This document shows, piece by piece, positions 18,248-27,395 of a stretch of DNA of 54,140 nt. A program made the position numbers and the translations under genes. Numbering within the stretch: the first letter of the stretch is position 1; each line of letters begins with the position of its first letter. The notes under the pieces are model-generated. The model made no database searches and had not been told where the DNA came from. It was given only the letters and a program-made list of their open reading frames with translations. The stretch comes from a virus (lineage: Duplodnaviria > Caudoviricetes): positions 1-54,140 of IMG/VR virus record IMGVR_UViG_3300033489_000011; one strand, 5' to 3'.

Positions 18248-18520
18248 TTGAAAGACAAGACGGCAGACAAGTGGATCACGATCCAGAGCGTCGCCGAGAA
18301 CCTCGGCTGCACCGACAAGTACGTTTACGCCCTGATCCAGCAGGGAGCCCTGAAGGCGATGAAGCTCGGCGAGCGGGCGCTCCGGATATCGGAGCAGTCG
18401 CTCCAGGACTTCATTGCTGCCCGAGTCGTAAACCCTGAAGACTATTTCGCCCCCGAGGAGCCTCCGGATCCGGAACCCAAAAAACAAAAAATTGCCCGTT
18501 CGAGATGGATGAACCGATAA
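18248..18520 (+). CDS. Excisionase-like HTH protein (possible late regulator)
   Basis: ITIQSVAENLGCTDKYVYALIQQGALKAMKLG..LRISE. Confidence 0.75.
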   Translation: MKDKTADKWITIQSVAENLGCTDKYVYALIQQGALKAMKLGERALRISEQSLQDFIAARVVNPEDYFAPEEPPDPEPKKQKIARSRWMNR

Positions 18521-18760
18521 AAGACAAAAAAGGGGGATTATTATCAAAAAACACGTAACTACATAATATTATTCACTTAAAGAAGAAAGGAACCAAAATA
18601 CTAACTACTTAATATTATTAACTATATTTTGAAAAACACCCCTATATAAACATAAGGCCCCCTGCCTGATCGTTGCGTGGTGATCGATTTTGAGCGTCGG
18701 TAAATTCAATACTACTCTATGATAGCGGGGGAAGAGAAGGATAAAAAACCATGAATATGA

Positions 18761-19021
18761 GCAAACCCTTTACCACACAGGATCGGCGGATGGAGCCGCA
18801 AAACCCTTATCATCCTATGCTGGCGAAGCTCCGCAAACCCTTTACTATACAGGGCTGGCAGGGCTCATTTATGGACAAAAACCATGCCACAAAAAACATC
18901 GATTTAAGGCCCGATTTATCCACGATCTCGCAAACCCTTTACTATCCTACGTTTGCGAAGCCCCGCAAACCCTTTACCACACAGGATTCGAGCGTAAACT
19001 CACTATCATACAGGCTTTGCG
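18761..19021 (+). repeat. Six degenerate repeats, core GCAAACCCTTTAC(C/T)A
   Basis: Copies near 18761, 18798, 18833, 18930, 18965, 18993; some are imperfect dyads (CGCAAAC..GTTTGCG). Confidence 0.75.
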
Positions 19022-19133
19022 GAGGTTGTTATTTTTATTTGCGGCCTCCGCAGGCAAAAATAAAGGAAAAATAAATTATGGCCTATAATTCCCGGTGGAG
19101 CGAATAAAAATCAAACTTTAGGAGGTGTAAAAA

Positions 19134-20475
19134 ATGTTCATCGGTTCGATCAATTCGAAGATCAGGAACCTGATCTTCACTGAAAAGAAGCTTTTCAGTG
19201 AAGATCAGGAACCTGATCTTCACTGAAAAGAAGCTTTTCAGTGAAAGAAACATCTGTGTTGGCTGTTCTGGGAATTTTACTGTTGAGCAGATAATGCAGG
19301 GGCTCGACTGCAAAATCTGGTCAAACGACATTGCCCTCTATTCGTCGCTGATCGGAAACCACCTGGCCGGCAAACCGATGAGCATGGAGATCGCCGATTC
19401 CCGCTACGAATGGCTTGCGCCCTATGTCGAACCGGGCGGCGTCTCGCGCGTGGCGGCGGTCTCTCTCCTCTTCGAGATGCTCAAACAGGAGAAGGGAAAC
19501 AACCTCCAGCAGATCCGACTCTATCGCCACTATCGCGAGCGCTTCGACGAATTCCATCACTCGTCATGTATCCGGATTTCCAAAACCCTCGGGGCGATCC
19601 GGATCGACGACTATACGGCGATCGACGTGCACGATCTCTACCGGGATCTTCCGGAAGAGTGGATCCGGGTGGCTTTCCTGCCGACCTACGTCGGCGGCTA
19701 CGAAAAGCTCTATGAGCGGCTGGACCGGATCTTTTCCTGGGACGCACCGACCTATGAGCTCCTCACGAAGGAGCGATATGAAGAGACAGTATCGTTTATG
19801 CGCCGCGGCCAATATCTCTACCTGTCCGACTACGACCGTAACGAAGAGGGCCTTTTCGCCGTCGTCAAGACCGGTCGCCTCAGAAGCGTCTATCTCTACA
19901 GCAATCTGCCGTTTTCAAAATCCTGGGTCATCCCCTATGCCAAAAGCGAAAAGACCGAACTCGCCCTCCTCCCGGACGACCATCCGATTACGCCGGAGAG
20001 CCGCCTTACATTCCAGCCGACGGACAACCATCGAATGAACTACTATAAGAATCTATTTTTGAAAAAGGGCATTGACCATACGACGGGCCTGTCGCCGCTG
20101 TTCGTGTTCCTGGACGGATACCTGTTCGGCTTTTTATTGTTCGACGTCATCCGCTATGGCATGGACCAGGACAGGGCGACCCGCGGGATCTACATGCTGA
20201 GTGATTTCGTAATCGCCAGCCCCATCAATCGCCTTTCGAAGCTGCTGCTCATGGCGACCAGAACAAAAGAGCTCCAAGGGCTCCTCAAGGAGAAGTTCAT
20301 CCAGGCGGTCGATTTCATTCTGACGACCGCATTCACCGACAAGCCGGTCTCGATGAAATACCGGGGTGTCTATGATTTGATGAAAAGAGGAGAAGGTTTT
20401 CTCCAATATATGACCCCCGCGGGGGAGATCACATCCGAGGAGGCGGTAAGGACATGGATCAAGAAATACAAGTAG
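19134..20475 (+). pseudogene. Putative DNA-modification (antirestriction) protein, methyltransferase-like N-terminus + GNAT-like C-terminus; frameshifted in this assembly
   Basis: AGGAGG + ATG 19134 gives MFIGSINSKIRNLIF..; the 43-bp duplication causes a stop at codon 31; downstream frame has VGCSGNFTVE, SNDIALYS, FLPTYVGGYE, RLSKLLL, TTAFTDKPVSMKYRG; possible GTG restart at 19198. Confidence 0.6.
19157..19242. repeat. Perfect 43-bp tandem duplication made of two adjacent hairpins
   Basis: Unit GAAGATCAGGAACCTGATCTTCACTGAAAAGAAGCTTTTCAGT at 19157 and 19200. Confidence 0.95.
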
Positions 20476-21368
20476 CCCTCGACCAGCTCAACGAGAAACT
20501 ATCCGATCGATTTCCGTATAAGCTCTACATGGCCAAAGCATCGGAGATCGAATTTCTGGAGAAGAACGCGCGATTTATGACCAAGGAGCAGTTTGCCGCG
20601 CTAACGCACAACGTCAAGGCGGATGGCGCCCTGACCTCGCTCCCTCTATGTTATCGCCAGGAAAACGGGAGGCTGCTCGTTCTCTCCGGCAACCACCGCA
20701 TCAAGGCGGCAATCGAGGCGGGCATAGCTGAGTTTCTTGTTTTCCTGATCGACAAGCCCCTCTCGGAAGCTCAGCGGATTGCGATTCAGCTCTCACATAA
20801 CGCAATCTCCGGCCAGGACGACGAGCAGATCCTCAAAGAACTCTGGAGCAAGATTGACGACCTGGAAGCTTCGATCTACTCCGGCCTTTCCGCCGAAACA
20901 ATAGAAAAGTTTGAAAGCACGGATTATGCGACTATTTCCGAGCAGCGCATCCTTTTCAAGGAGATATCGCTTCTGTTTCTTCCCGAGGAGATCGAATCGA
21001 TGACCTCGATCTGTGAAGGTATCGTGGAGGCGTCCGCGAGCAAAACGATCTTCGCCGGCCGGATCAGCGAATACAGCGATATCTTGGAGGGGATCATCGC
21101 CGCCAAACAGGACCAGAAGATCATAAACTCCGCCCTGGCCTTCTTTGCAATGGCCAAGGTGATCCGGGAGTATCTTGAAGGCAAGGTTCCATCCCTCCAG
21201 GAAGCGATGGAAGACGGCGCCGAGGAGACGGTTGTCTTCGCCCTGGGCGGTTCCCGGAAACGAATCAGCAAGGAGACGGCCAAGGCCCTCCGTAAAACGA
21301 TCAAGGAAAAGACCGATCAGGGACTGGATCTGGACGCTGTGCTCTTGTCTATGGCAGAAAGCAAATAA
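20454..21368 (+). CDS. ParB/Srx N-terminal domain protein partnered with the modification gene
   Basis: KNARFM..L..NVK.DG..LP..VLSGNHRIKAA..IQLSHNAISGQDD; overlaps the upstream gene. Confidence 0.8.
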   Translation: MDQEIQVALDQLNEKLSDRFPYKLYMAKASEIEFLEKNARFMTKEQFAALTHNVKADGALTSLPLCYRQENGRLLVLSGNHRIKAAIEAGIAEFLVFLIDKPLSEAQRIAIQLSHNAISGQDDEQILKELWSKIDDLEASIYSGLSAETIEKFESTDYATISEQRILFKEISLLFLPEEIESMTSICEGIVEASASKTIFAGRISEYSDILEGIIAAKQDQKIINSALAFFAMAKVIREYLEGKVPSLQEAMEDGAEETVVFALGGSRKRISKETAKALRKTIKEKTDQGLDLDAVLLSMAESK

Positions 21369-21391
21369 GCCGTCAAGCATTTGGACGAACA

Positions 21392-21418
21392 AAGCCGGGC
21401 GATCCCCGGCTTATTATT
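21392..21418 (+). terminator. Putative intrinsic terminator
   Basis: AAGCCGGG-CGATC-CCCGGCTT followed by ATTATT. Confidence 0.5.
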
Positions 21419-21472
21419 GCATAAAATATAGGCTAAGTGTCGAATATAATTGAAAATAAATGAAAATAATGC

Positions 21473-21532
21473 TTGACAAGGTGTGTAATAAATTATAGAA
21501 TAAAATCAAGAAGTTGAGAAATTCTTTGAAAA
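21473..21532 (+). promoter_or_regulatory. Near-consensus sigma70 promoter with downstream boxA-like site
   Basis: AT-rich UP tract, TTGACA-17 bp-TAGAAT, TTCTTTGAAAA at 21522. Confidence 0.75.
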
Positions 21533-21774
21533 CCGGGGAAGGGGCCAAGTGAAGGCAGAGATTTCCCCGAACGTTAGAGACAAACCCCGGATGAGGGAAA
21601 TATTGGAAGCGGCAAATACCGAGCGCCTACCGAACCCGCTCAAATCAAAGACCCTCCGATAAATCCTCTGAAAAGCCGCCCTGACAATGGGCCTGGGAGT
21701 AAACCTTAGCGGGTTTATTTGGTTGCCTGAATGGTTCAGACGATCAACGAATTCGCTAACAGGAGGATAAAGCC

Positions 21775-21954
21775 ATGAAAAAATATGACCTTGTAACAGT
21801 GTATGAAGATCCTATTACCTGTCAAAAACCCGAAGCAACAGCGCTGCTTATCCGGCGACATGACTGGCATCTGGAGGGATGTGAACGGTGGGATGTCCGT
21901 TTTAAGGGAGAACAGACGACATACACGCGAGAGATTAACATCAATAACCATTAA
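21775..21954 (+). CDS. Hypothetical protein (59 aa)
   Basis: AGGAGG RBS; MKKYDLVTVYEDPITCQKPE; read manually. Confidence 0.7.
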   Translation: MKKYDLVTVYEDPITCQKPEATALLIRRHDWHLEGCERWDVRFKGEQTTYTREININNH

Positions 21955-21997
21955 CCTAATTTAACACCCCGGCGAAACGGGGAGAAGGAGAAAAACC

Positions 21998-22180
21998 ATG
22001 AAGACACGAATCAAATTTGACACCATAGAACAAGCAAGCGACCAGAAATCGAAGTACGGCGGATGGATCGCCTGGGAGAATGGCTTCCAGGGGAGCATGG
22101 ACCGGGTTTACTGGTACGATTATCAGCACACGCAATCGGAAATCATGGATGATTTGAAAGGTAGTTACGCGATTCAATAA
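21998..22180 (+). CDS. Hypothetical protein
   Basis: AAGGAG RBS. Confidence 0.65.
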   Translation: MKTRIKFDTIEQASDQKSKYGGWIAWENGFQGSMDRVYWYDYQHTQSEIMDDLKGSYAIQ

Positions 22181-22203
22181 CCATCTAACGAAAGGAGAGC
22201 GAG

Positions 22204-22476
22204 ATGAAATATCAAATTTATGCCTATGACGAGAGCAGCAAGTTGAACCATGCCGGAGTACATAACATCCGCGGTTCGGTCACACCAAAAATAATCCAGC
22301 GAATTGAGAAGTTATGGCGTAAATGGCGGGAAAAGTATCTTGCGGAGAATCCCGGAAATTATCCCTTACGGGAACACCATAACAAAACGGCGATGGTTTA
22401 TTATCATCCGGCCGGTTTTCCTGAAAAAACGATGGGTCTTTACATCGGGGAAGGAGGAACAAAACCATGTGGATGA
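22204..22476 (+). CDS. Hypothetical protein
   Basis: AAGGAG RBS. Confidence 0.65.
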   Translation: MKYQIYAYDESSKLNHAGVHNIRGSVTPKIIQRIEKLWRKWREKYLAENPGNYPLREHHNKTAMVYYHPAGFPEKTMGLYIGEGGTKPCG

Positions 22477-22715
22477 TTACATACGATAAACTGGATGGCA
22501 AGGATGTGGAGATTAAATCTTCAGACTGGAGACCAGGGCAGCTATTGAATCAACATTTCCGACTTCTGGATGATGACGGGGAGGTTTATTATCTGGGAGT
22601 GTCGAACGATTCTGAATCTGAAAACGCATTTGCGCCTCTCGACGATTACGGAATGCCTAACGCTGGATGCACCGAGATTCAATACCTCAGAAACGGGAAA
22701 TGGGAAACACTTTAA
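22467..22715 (+). CDS. Hypothetical phage protein
   Basis: AGGAGG RBS; FRLLDDDGEVYYLG..FAPLDDYG..AGCTEIQY. Confidence 0.7.
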   Translation: MWMITYDKLDGKDVEIKSSDWRPGQLLNQHFRLLDDDGEVYYLGVSNDSESENAFAPLDDYGMPNAGCTEIQYLRNGKWETL

Positions 22716-22728
22716 GGAGGCGGGGACC

Positions 22729-23220
22729 ATGAACCAATATTTCGACGGATGCAGAGACGAGAAGGAGATCAAAACCCGCTACCGGGATCTGGCGAAGAAA
22801 AATCACCCGGACCTGGGCGGCGACGCGGAGATCATGAAGGCCGTCAACAATGCCTACGAACAGGCGCTCAAAGGTGCCTATCGCAAGTCCGGCATGGACG
22901 AGACGAAGGTCAATGAGCGCTGGAGCATGGATGAGGAGATCGCGTCCATGGCGATGAAGATCCTCCGTATGAAAAAAGACCTGCAGGTTGAGTTGTGCGG
23001 GGTCTGGCTCTGGATCACCGGCAACACCTATGCGGCAAAAGAGGATCTCAAGGTTTTCGGGTGTCGCTTTTCCGGTCAGAAAAAAGCCTGGTACTGGAGA
23101 AGGGAAGTTGACGGACAAGATAAATGGCACAAGAGAGCAATCCCGCTTGAAGAGATAAGAGCAAAATATGGAAGCGTTGTCTTAGCATACGATGACGATG
23201 CTCCGTGTCTGGCAAGATAG
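22729..23220 (+). CDS. J-domain (DnaJ-like) protein
   Basis: EIKTRYRDLAKKNHPDLGGD..MKAVNNAY; C-terminal ELCGVWLWITGNT..KKAWYW. Confidence 0.85.
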   Translation: MNQYFDGCRDEKEIKTRYRDLAKKNHPDLGGDAEIMKAVNNAYEQALKGAYRKSGMDETKVNERWSMDEEIASMAMKILRMKKDLQVELCGVWLWITGNTYAAKEDLKVFGCRFSGQKKAWYWRREVDGQDKWHKRAIPLEEIRAKYGSVVLAYDDDAPCLAR

Positions 23221-23295
23221 CGGAAAACACCCTCCAGGGGCGCCAACCCCTGGAGGGGAAAACCAAAACCCTTCACGAAGAAAGGAGTCAAGACC

Positions 23296-23745
23296 ATGAT
23301 AGCAAATCAAGCGTTGAATCTCAATCAATTTATCGGGTGCGATCAGTTGTCGGTTATGAGGTCGGCGTGCAGAGGCGAAGAAGGGCAATATTTCCGGGAT
23401 ATGATCGCGAAGTTAAAAGTCGCCATTGCCACCATTCCGAAAACATATGAGACCGAGGGCCAGGGGGACGAAGCAATCGCAACGCTCCATTATTTTCTGG
23501 GAGGTTCAGACTGGTACATCATCGAGCGTGACGCCGGGTCTCACGATGACGAAGTGCAGGGCATTCAAGCTCAGGCTTTCGGCTTTACCTGCTTAAACGG
23601 CTACACAGAAGACGCGGAACTCGGATATATCAGCATCCAGGAACTTATCGAAAACGGCGTCGAGCTGGATCTATATTACGAACCGGAAAAAATCGGGAAT
23701 ATCAAAGCGCGGTTTGAGAAGCGAGCCGCAAGAGGAAGGAGGTAG
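23296..23745 (+). CDS. DUF2958-like protein
   Basis: LHYF.GGSDWYIIE..AFG..AELGYISIQEL..VELDLYY. Confidence 0.65.
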   Translation: MIANQALNLNQFIGCDQLSVMRSACRGEEGQYFRDMIAKLKVAIATIPKTYETEGQGDEAIATLHYFLGGSDWYIIERDAGSHDDEVQGIQAQAFGFTCLNGYTEDAELGYISIQELIENGVELDLYYEPEKIGNIKARFEKRAARGRR

Positions 23746-23747
23746 CT

Positions 23748-24608
23748 ATGAAAACCATCAAACATGACCGGATCTACCCGAACCCGAACCAGCCGCGAAA
23801 GCATTTTCACCCCGGTAAGCTGGAGGAACTGGCGCAGTCGATCAGGTCCTGCGGCCTCATGGAGCCGATCGTGGTAGTCAAGAAAGGCGATCTATTTATG
23901 ATCATCGCCGGCGAACGTCGCTGGCGGGCCTGTTCCCTGGCCGACGTTTCGGATATTCCTGTTCGGGTCATGGAGGCCGACGACAAGACCGTCGCAGAGC
24001 TCTCCCTTCTGGAGAATCTCCAGCGTGAGGACCTGAATGTCATCGAAGAGGCAATGGCCTACCAGGGGCTGATTGGCATGGGCCTCAGCCAGGAAGAGAT
24101 CGCCCGCAAGATGGGAATCAGTCAGACTTGGCGGATCCAAGAGCGTTTGAACCTGCTGAAGCTGGAGCGCGTGTTCCAGGAATATACGGTCAAGGGAATC
24201 CTGAGTCCATCGCAGGCCCAGGAACTGAGTCGCCTTCCTAAAGACAAACAGGGGATACTGTTTGACAGGATATCGGCCGGTAAGGCGGGCACATACAACA
24301 AGCTGCGCTCTTTGGTCAACGCGATGCTCTTTGTGCAGGAGCAGGAGAGCTTCCTTCCCGAGCCGACACCACAGGAAAGGGAAGTCAACACAAAATATGA
24401 TCGCATGATCGAGCAGATCATCAATTTCATCAATAGATGTTTTAACCGTGACGACATGTCGGTCCTCTCTGCGGTCCTGACGCCGGCGGCGAAGATGAAT
24501 ATCGAGCGGATAGACATGATCATCCAGCATCTGAACAAGATCAAGCGGGCACTTCTCCAATCCGACAGCACCAGGGAGGTCCTGGAGCAGACCACCATGA
24601 CAACATAG
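23748..24608 (+). CDS. ParB/RepB/Spo0J-family protein
   Basis: PNPNQPRKHF..LAQSI..GLMEPIVV..IIAGERRWRA..ENLQREDL plus HTH. Confidence 0.9.
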   Translation: MKTIKHDRIYPNPNQPRKHFHPGKLEELAQSIRSCGLMEPIVVVKKGDLFMIIAGERRWRACSLADVSDIPVRVMEADDKTVAELSLLENLQREDLNVIEEAMAYQGLIGMGLSQEEIARKMGISQTWRIQERLNLLKLERVFQEYTVKGILSPSQAQELSRLPKDKQGILFDRISAGKAGTYNKLRSLVNAMLFVQEQESFLPEPTPQEREVNTKYDRMIEQIINFINRCFNRDDMSVLSAVLTPAAKMNIERIDMIIQHLNKIKRALLQSDSTREVLEQTTMTT

Positions 24609-24667
24609 TAAAAGCCGCCGCGGGGGATCCCTGCGGCGGCAACATAAAAACAAAAAGGAGATTAGCC

Positions 24668-26428
24668 ATGAAGACGAAAAAGACAAAAAATGAAAGCACG
24701 AGCGTAAAAGCGGACAAGTCGGCGCCAACCCAAGCCAAACCGCGCACCTTCCAGGAGGTACGGTTGACTGAAATCAGAATCAATCCCCTGAATCCGCGAA
24801 AGAATTTCTCCGGTCCCAAATATGACGAGCTCCTCGCCTCAGTCCGATCGAAAGGGGTTATCGTCCCCTTACTGCTACGCCCGCTTTCAGATAATGCAAT
24901 CGGGAAAGTATACGAGATCATCGCCGGCGAACGCCGCTTCCGGGCGGCATGTGAGGCCGCCAAGGAAAGCGGCAGCATCGAGAATGCCAGGATCCCCGCG
25001 ATCGTCCAGGAAATGACGGATGATGACGCCTACGACTGCATGACGGTCGAGAATCTCCAGAGGGAGGATCTCACACCCCTGGAGGAGGCCCGGGCCTTCA
25101 AACTCTATCTGGACCGGAAAGGTCCGGACGCTCTGCAGGAATTGGCGGAGCGGACCGGCATCAATCCCTGTTACATCCGCCGGCGCACGGCGATCCTTAC
25201 TCTCCCCGAGAAGATCCTTAAATCCTGGGAGGACGGCGATATCGCCCATGGACATCTCGAGCAGCTCGTCCGGGTGAGCGATCGCAAGGAACAAACGGAA
25301 TTCTACGATATGGCAATTCGCCAGGACTGGTCAGTAAAGATCCTCAAAGAAAGGATCGAATCGCGCACCCCGAAACTCGCATGCGCGCTCTTTCTCAAGG
25401 ATGTCGCGGGTTGCCCTACCTGTCCGAAAAACACCGACGTTCAGCGTAACCTCTTCGGCGAGGATGTCGCGACGAAGGCCCTCTGTCTCGATCCGGACTG
25501 CTACCGGCAGCACCAAGAGTGTTGGATCGATGCCAACTGGCCGAAGTTCAAGTCGTCGCGAAAGCTCGAAACAAACGGCGCGCGATTCCGGGAAGCCACC
25601 CGATGGGATGAACACCACAACATCTACCGGGACGTCCAGGAGAAATGCAGGACCTGCGAGCATTTTTTGAGCATCATCACCTTGGACGGGAAGGTTGACG
25701 ATAAGATTTCTTGTCTCGGGCCGAAGAAATGCCACGAGACGATCTACAATCCCAAAAGCTCCGCGGCCAGGAAAGCGGCCGATCCGAACGCCCCGCATGT
25801 TCCATGGCATGGGAGGTTCTTCCGCGAAAAACACTACGAGGCGCTGATCCCGGCTCTCGAGACGCATCTGCCCGATGATGACCCCCGAATCCTGCGGGTT
25901 ATTCTCCTCACCATGCTCGAAGGCGCAGACAGTGAAATCCTCAAAACCTTTGCGCGGAAGTACGACGAACCGAAGAACATACCGAAAGAGACATGGCATC
26001 AATACGAAACGGCCTCGGCCTGGCGGGTCATTGAACAATTCGACGCCGCCAAACTTATGCGCGTCCTGCGGGAGACGGCGGTTCATGTCCTCCTTGACGG
26101 CCTCAATATAACGTCGCAAGAGTACCACCGCGGGGCGACGAGCCCGCTGATGCGCCACCTGGTCGCCTGCCACCTGGGCGCCGATTTACAGAAGGACTGG
26201 CGGATGAACGAGGATTACCTGGACAAGAAGACGACCAAGGAGATCCACGCGATAGCGGCGCAGTTCGACTTTTTCAAGGACGACAAAGCCAAGGCCTATC
26301 TCTACGAGAAGCTCGGCAAGAAGCGCGATCGGTTCGATCTCTGCAAGAAGGCCGAACTGGTCAAAGTGATCCTGGAATCCGGCATTGATTTGGCCGGCAA
26401 GGTTCCCGCGGAGATCTTGCATCAGTAA
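24668..26428 (+). CDS. Long ParB-family protein with Cys-rich (zinc) region
   Basis: NPRK..IIAGERRFRA..ENLQREDLTPLEEA; CPTC..CLDPDC..CRTC. Confidence 0.9.
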   Translation: MKTKKTKNESTSVKADKSAPTQAKPRTFQEVRLTEIRINPLNPRKNFSGPKYDELLASVRSKGVIVPLLLRPLSDNAIGKVYEIIAGERRFRAACEAAKESGSIENARIPAIVQEMTDDDAYDCMTVENLQREDLTPLEEARAFKLYLDRKGPDALQELAERTGINPCYIRRRTAILTLPEKILKSWEDGDIAHGHLEQLVRVSDRKEQTEFYDMAIRQDWSVKILKERIESRTPKLACALFLKDVAGCPTCPKNTDVQRNLFGEDVATKALCLDPDCYRQHQECWIDANWPKFKSSRKLETNGARFREATRWDEHHNIYRDVQEKCRTCEHFLSIITLDGKVDDKISCLGPKKCHETIYNPKSSAARKAADPNAPHVPWHGRFFREKHYEALIPALETHLPDDDPRILRVILLTMLEGADSEILKTFARKYDEPKNIPKETWHQYETASAWRVIEQFDAAKLMRVLRETAVHVLLDGLNITSQEYHRGATSPLMRHLVACHLGADLQKDWRMNEDYLDKKTTKEIHAIAAQFDFFKDDKAKAYLYEKLGKKRDRFDLCKKAELVKVILESGIDLAGKVPAEILHQ

Positions 26429-26440
26429 AGAATAAAAATG

Positions 26441-26469
26441 TTGACAAAAGCAAGAAGGTGAACTAAGTT
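26441..26469 (+). promoter_or_regulatory. Putative sigma70 promoter
   Basis: TTGACA-17 bp-TAAGTT upstream of the DUF488-like gene. Confidence 0.45.
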
Positions 26470-26506
26470 AAAACTATGAAATAACAAATGAAAAAGGTGA
26501 ATCGAA

Positions 26507-26848
26507 ATGATGACATCCTATTTCGGAAACAGAACAGCCGCGGCGGATCCCCGGGCGGTCAGCATAGCTCGCTGGCCTCCCCGCTGGTGGGGATCACGGC
26601 GCCGCTATATGGCCCTGGCCCCCTCCGCGGATCTCCTCAAGCGCTCGAAGGCTGGCCTTTCCTGGCCGGAGTACTGCGCAGAATACATGCGCGACATCCT
26701 GTCTAAACTGGATCCCGTCAAGGTCTTTGCGGACCTCGGCCCTGATGCGATCCTCCTGTGCTGGGAACCATCCGGCGCGGATTGTCACCGCCGCCTGGTC
26801 GCCGAATGGCTGGAAAAATCCCCGGATATAAAAATCCCCGAATTATAA
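26507..26848 (+). CDS. DUF488-like protein
   Basis: TSYF..VSIARWPP..LAPS..LLCWE..CHRRLVAEWL. Confidence 0.75.
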   Translation: MMTSYFGNRTAAADPRAVSIARWPPRWWGSRRRYMALAPSADLLKRSKAGLSWPEYCAEYMRDILSKLDPVKVFADLGPDAILLCWEPSGADCHRRLVAEWLEKSPDIKIPEL

Positions 26849-26858
26849 CCCACCAACG

Positions 26859-26893
26859 GGCCGGTGAATATCCATTCGCCGGCCTCTTTTTTT
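26859..26893 (+). terminator. Intrinsic terminator ending the accessory island
   Basis: GGCCGGTGAAT..ATTCGCCGGCC followed by T7. Confidence 0.75.
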
Positions 26894-27173
26894 ATCCCGC
26901 CTATGATCAATTCACGCAAAACCCACATCATAATATCCCATCATCTGTTCAATGAATAAAAATCATCCAAATCTTAAAAATTTTGTCAATGGAATGGAAC
27001 GGAGTGGAATGGACGGGCTGGAACTCCCCCTTTTCCCTGTGCGATTCTGTAACCGCATGATGAACCCTTTTGATGGGTGCGCCGCCTTTTTTCACCTCCG
27101 GGGCGGCGCACCCGACGATATCCAAATCTGGGGACAGATTTGAAATCTGTCCCCAGATCCCCAGGGAGGCTTA

Positions 27174-27395
27174 ATGGCCTACACCGAAACCGATCTGACG
27201 AACGTCGAGGCCGCGATCCGCGCGCTGATGTCCGGCACGCGCAAGGTCAGCTTTTCAATGGGCGATAAATCCGTCACATACGCCCAGACGGATCTCGATG
27301 AGCTGCGCGAGCTCAAGCACGATATCCTGGGCGAAGTCCAGACCGTCGCTGCCCGCCCCCGCTTTTTCTTAGCCTCGACCGGGAAAGGATTGTGA
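27174..27395 (+). CDS. Head-tail joining protein, gpW-like
   Basis: MAYTETDL..VEAAI..L.SG..V..GDKSVTY..L.EL; directly upstream of the portal. Confidence 0.85.
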   Translation: MAYTETDLTNVEAAIRALMSGTRKVSFSMGDKSVTYAQTDLDELRELKHDILGEVQTVAARPRFFLASTGKGL

